A stretch of 58,942 bases of DNA. It comes from a virus (lineage: Duplodnaviria > Caudoviricetes). The position numbers and the translations under genes were made by a program. This document shows positions 57,616 through 58,942 of the stretch, piece after piece. Where the stretch lies: positions 1 to 58,942 of the IMG/VR virus record IMGVR_UViG_3300033143_005711. One strand, written 5' to 3'. How positions within the stretch are numbered: position 1 is the stretch's first letter; every line of letters starts with the position of its first letter. The notes beneath the pieces were generated by a model. The model saw only the letters and a list, made by a program, of their open reading frames with translations. It was not told where the DNA came from and searched no databases.

Positions 57616-57964
57616 TAAAATATCTCCTTGTTTGTGGGTAAAGTTCCTTTAAAAATTTTAGCCTTTCTGGATAATGCTCATAAACTAATCTTGCCCTATG
57701 TTCCACACTAGCTTCATACATATTTCCTTTTAAATTTTCAATACCCCAAATATAATCATCATGTATATGTTGGAATTCATGAAGTAAAGTCATATCAAAA
57801 TCTTCTTTTCCTGCAATCATTTGCTTATAAAGAACAACCAATTTAGAATCAAATTTACATACACCCCTAATATCTGAATCTAAGTTTGTAATAACTACCT
57901 CCCAATCTTCTCTGGCGGCTCTTTCAATTGTTTCTTCGTTTAATATTGATTCAAAACTCATCAT
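57608..57964 (-). CDS. small zincin metallopeptidase
   Basis: IRGVC...TLLHEFQH...EASVE. Confidence 0.7.
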   Translation of the reverse strand: MMSFESILNEETIERAAREDWEVVITNLDSDIRGVCKFDSKLVVLYKQMIAGKEDFDMTLLHEFQHIHDDYIWGIENLKGNMYEASVEHRARLVYEHYPERLKFLKELYPQTRRYFNE

Positions 57965-58242
57965 AATATAATTGCTAGTATGAAAGAGGTTATTAATCCC
58001 GGCACAATATCATATTGATGTGTTAAAACATCTTTTACTCTGCCTCTAACAATCTTCCATCCTTGTTTAGTTACTGGGAAAAGATATTCTCTTCCTTTGA
58101 TTACGAATAAAACTTTGAAATAAGGTCTCCATTCGTTTGTTCCATACCATTTATAATCTGCGGGAATCCAAAATAAATTATCTGTGGACATTGCAAACAT
58201 AACTCCAAGATAGCAAATTAACCATTTAAATATAAATATCAT
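57961..58242 (-). CDS. membrane protein
   Basis: terminal hydrophobic segments. Confidence 0.55.
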   Translation of the reverse strand: MIFIFKWLICYLGVMFAMSTDNLFWIPADYKWYGTNEWRPYFKVLFVIKGREYLFPVTKQGWKIVRGRVKDVLTHQYDIVPGLITSFILAIIL

Positions 58243-58466
58243 TGTACCAACCCATTAACAAAAGCCTGTAATCTTTTACAAATATTTGTTTTACATAATT
58301 TATCTGCTTCACATTTACAATATAGACCTTCATAACCCAAAACCAATAAACATCTTTCAGTATTACATTTTTTACAAGTATTTGCTTCTTTAACAATATC
58401 CATTGCTTCTATAATATCTTTTAGTGTTAGTTTGCTCATTTTATTTTCCTCACAAATCCACTCCAA
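58239..58466 (-). CDS. small Cys-rich protein (likely start MSKLTL)
   Basis: CKKC, CKC and further Cys. Confidence 0.55.
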   Translation of the reverse strand: MEWICEENKMSKLTLKDIIEAMDIVKEANTCKKCNTERCLLVLGYEGLYCKCEADKLCKTNICKRLQAFVNGLVQ

Positions 58467-58890
58467 GTTTTAACTCTATGAATATATTTTTGAAAATAAC
58501 TTGCTTTTGCTTCTGTTGTCCAAGGTGCTTGAAATGAACTCATATCTCTATTATAGGGCGCATCAAATATAAAAATGTTACTCCTTCTTTTTCCATGAAG
58601 TGCAATATCTTTTGCATTATCTAAATTATCTTCAATAAAATAATCAATTCCAAGTAGTTTTGCTAATTTTCCTTTTTCTTTTGTAAAGCTTAAAGTATCA
58701 TATTCAATACCATGTTTATTTAGCCAATAAGGTGTGAAATCTCTAGCTTTATCATCACGATAAGTAATAATATGTATTGAATGTCCTTTTTCTTTTAATT
58801 GTTGAAGTCCAGAAATAGCACCAACAATAGGCCTAAGTGATTTGAATGTATTGTCATTCCATTGTTCTTTAACAATTTGCCAAACCAAAT
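58436..58890 (-). CDS. C-terminal part of HAD 5'(3')-deoxyribonucleotidase (start at 142 across the join)
   Basis: PIVGA, IITYR, FIEDN, APYN motifs of the NT5C family. Confidence 0.85.
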
Positions 58891-58942
58891 TCTTTAAACC
58901 TAAATGATTTAAATCATAAGACCTAAAATCTTTTGGTTTCAG
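58891..58942. repeat. 52-bp terminal direct repeat (copy 2)
   Basis: identical to 1-52. Confidence 0.95.

Noticed and set aside
1-58942. Stop-codon reassignment or suppressor tRNA
   Set aside because: Genes are intact in the standard code, all three stop codons are used, and no suppressor anticodon was found

Overview
The window is most likely a complete, circularly closed genome (about 58.9 kb, strongly AT-rich) of a tailed virus (HK97-type capsid, siphovirus-like tail) that infects an archaeon. Bases 1-52 repeat at 58891-58942, and a HAD nucleotidase gene reads in frame across the join. An archaeal host is supported by BRE/TATA promoters about 25 bp upstream of leaderless ATGs, an Alba gene, an Hjc-like resolvase, an S-layer-like gene and archaeal tRNA identity elements. 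A DPANN host is plausible but is inference. Layout: a minus-strand arm (45266-58942 joined to 1-14250) and a plus-strand arm (14460-45071) holding the packaging, head and tail genes. Highlights: (1) a promoter-driven operon with a 629-aa protein ending in a Cys-containing domain, a 71-aa ubiquitin-like protein ending LLGG, a 78-aa protein and a ThiF/E1 enzyme, a candidate viral Ubl conjugation system; (2) 25 intronless tRNAs covering all 20 amino acids in a near-minimal superwobble pattern, plus an RNA ligase; (3) two HNH genes whose stop codons lie inside the 5' ends of tRNAs; (4) several structured intergenic RNA candidates; (5) exported, sequon-rich surface proteins plus LicD and a glycosyltransferase inside the morphogenesis module; (6) apparent GATC avoidance; (7) no recognisable replicase or integrase. 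All family calls come from motif recognition by eye, with no database searches.
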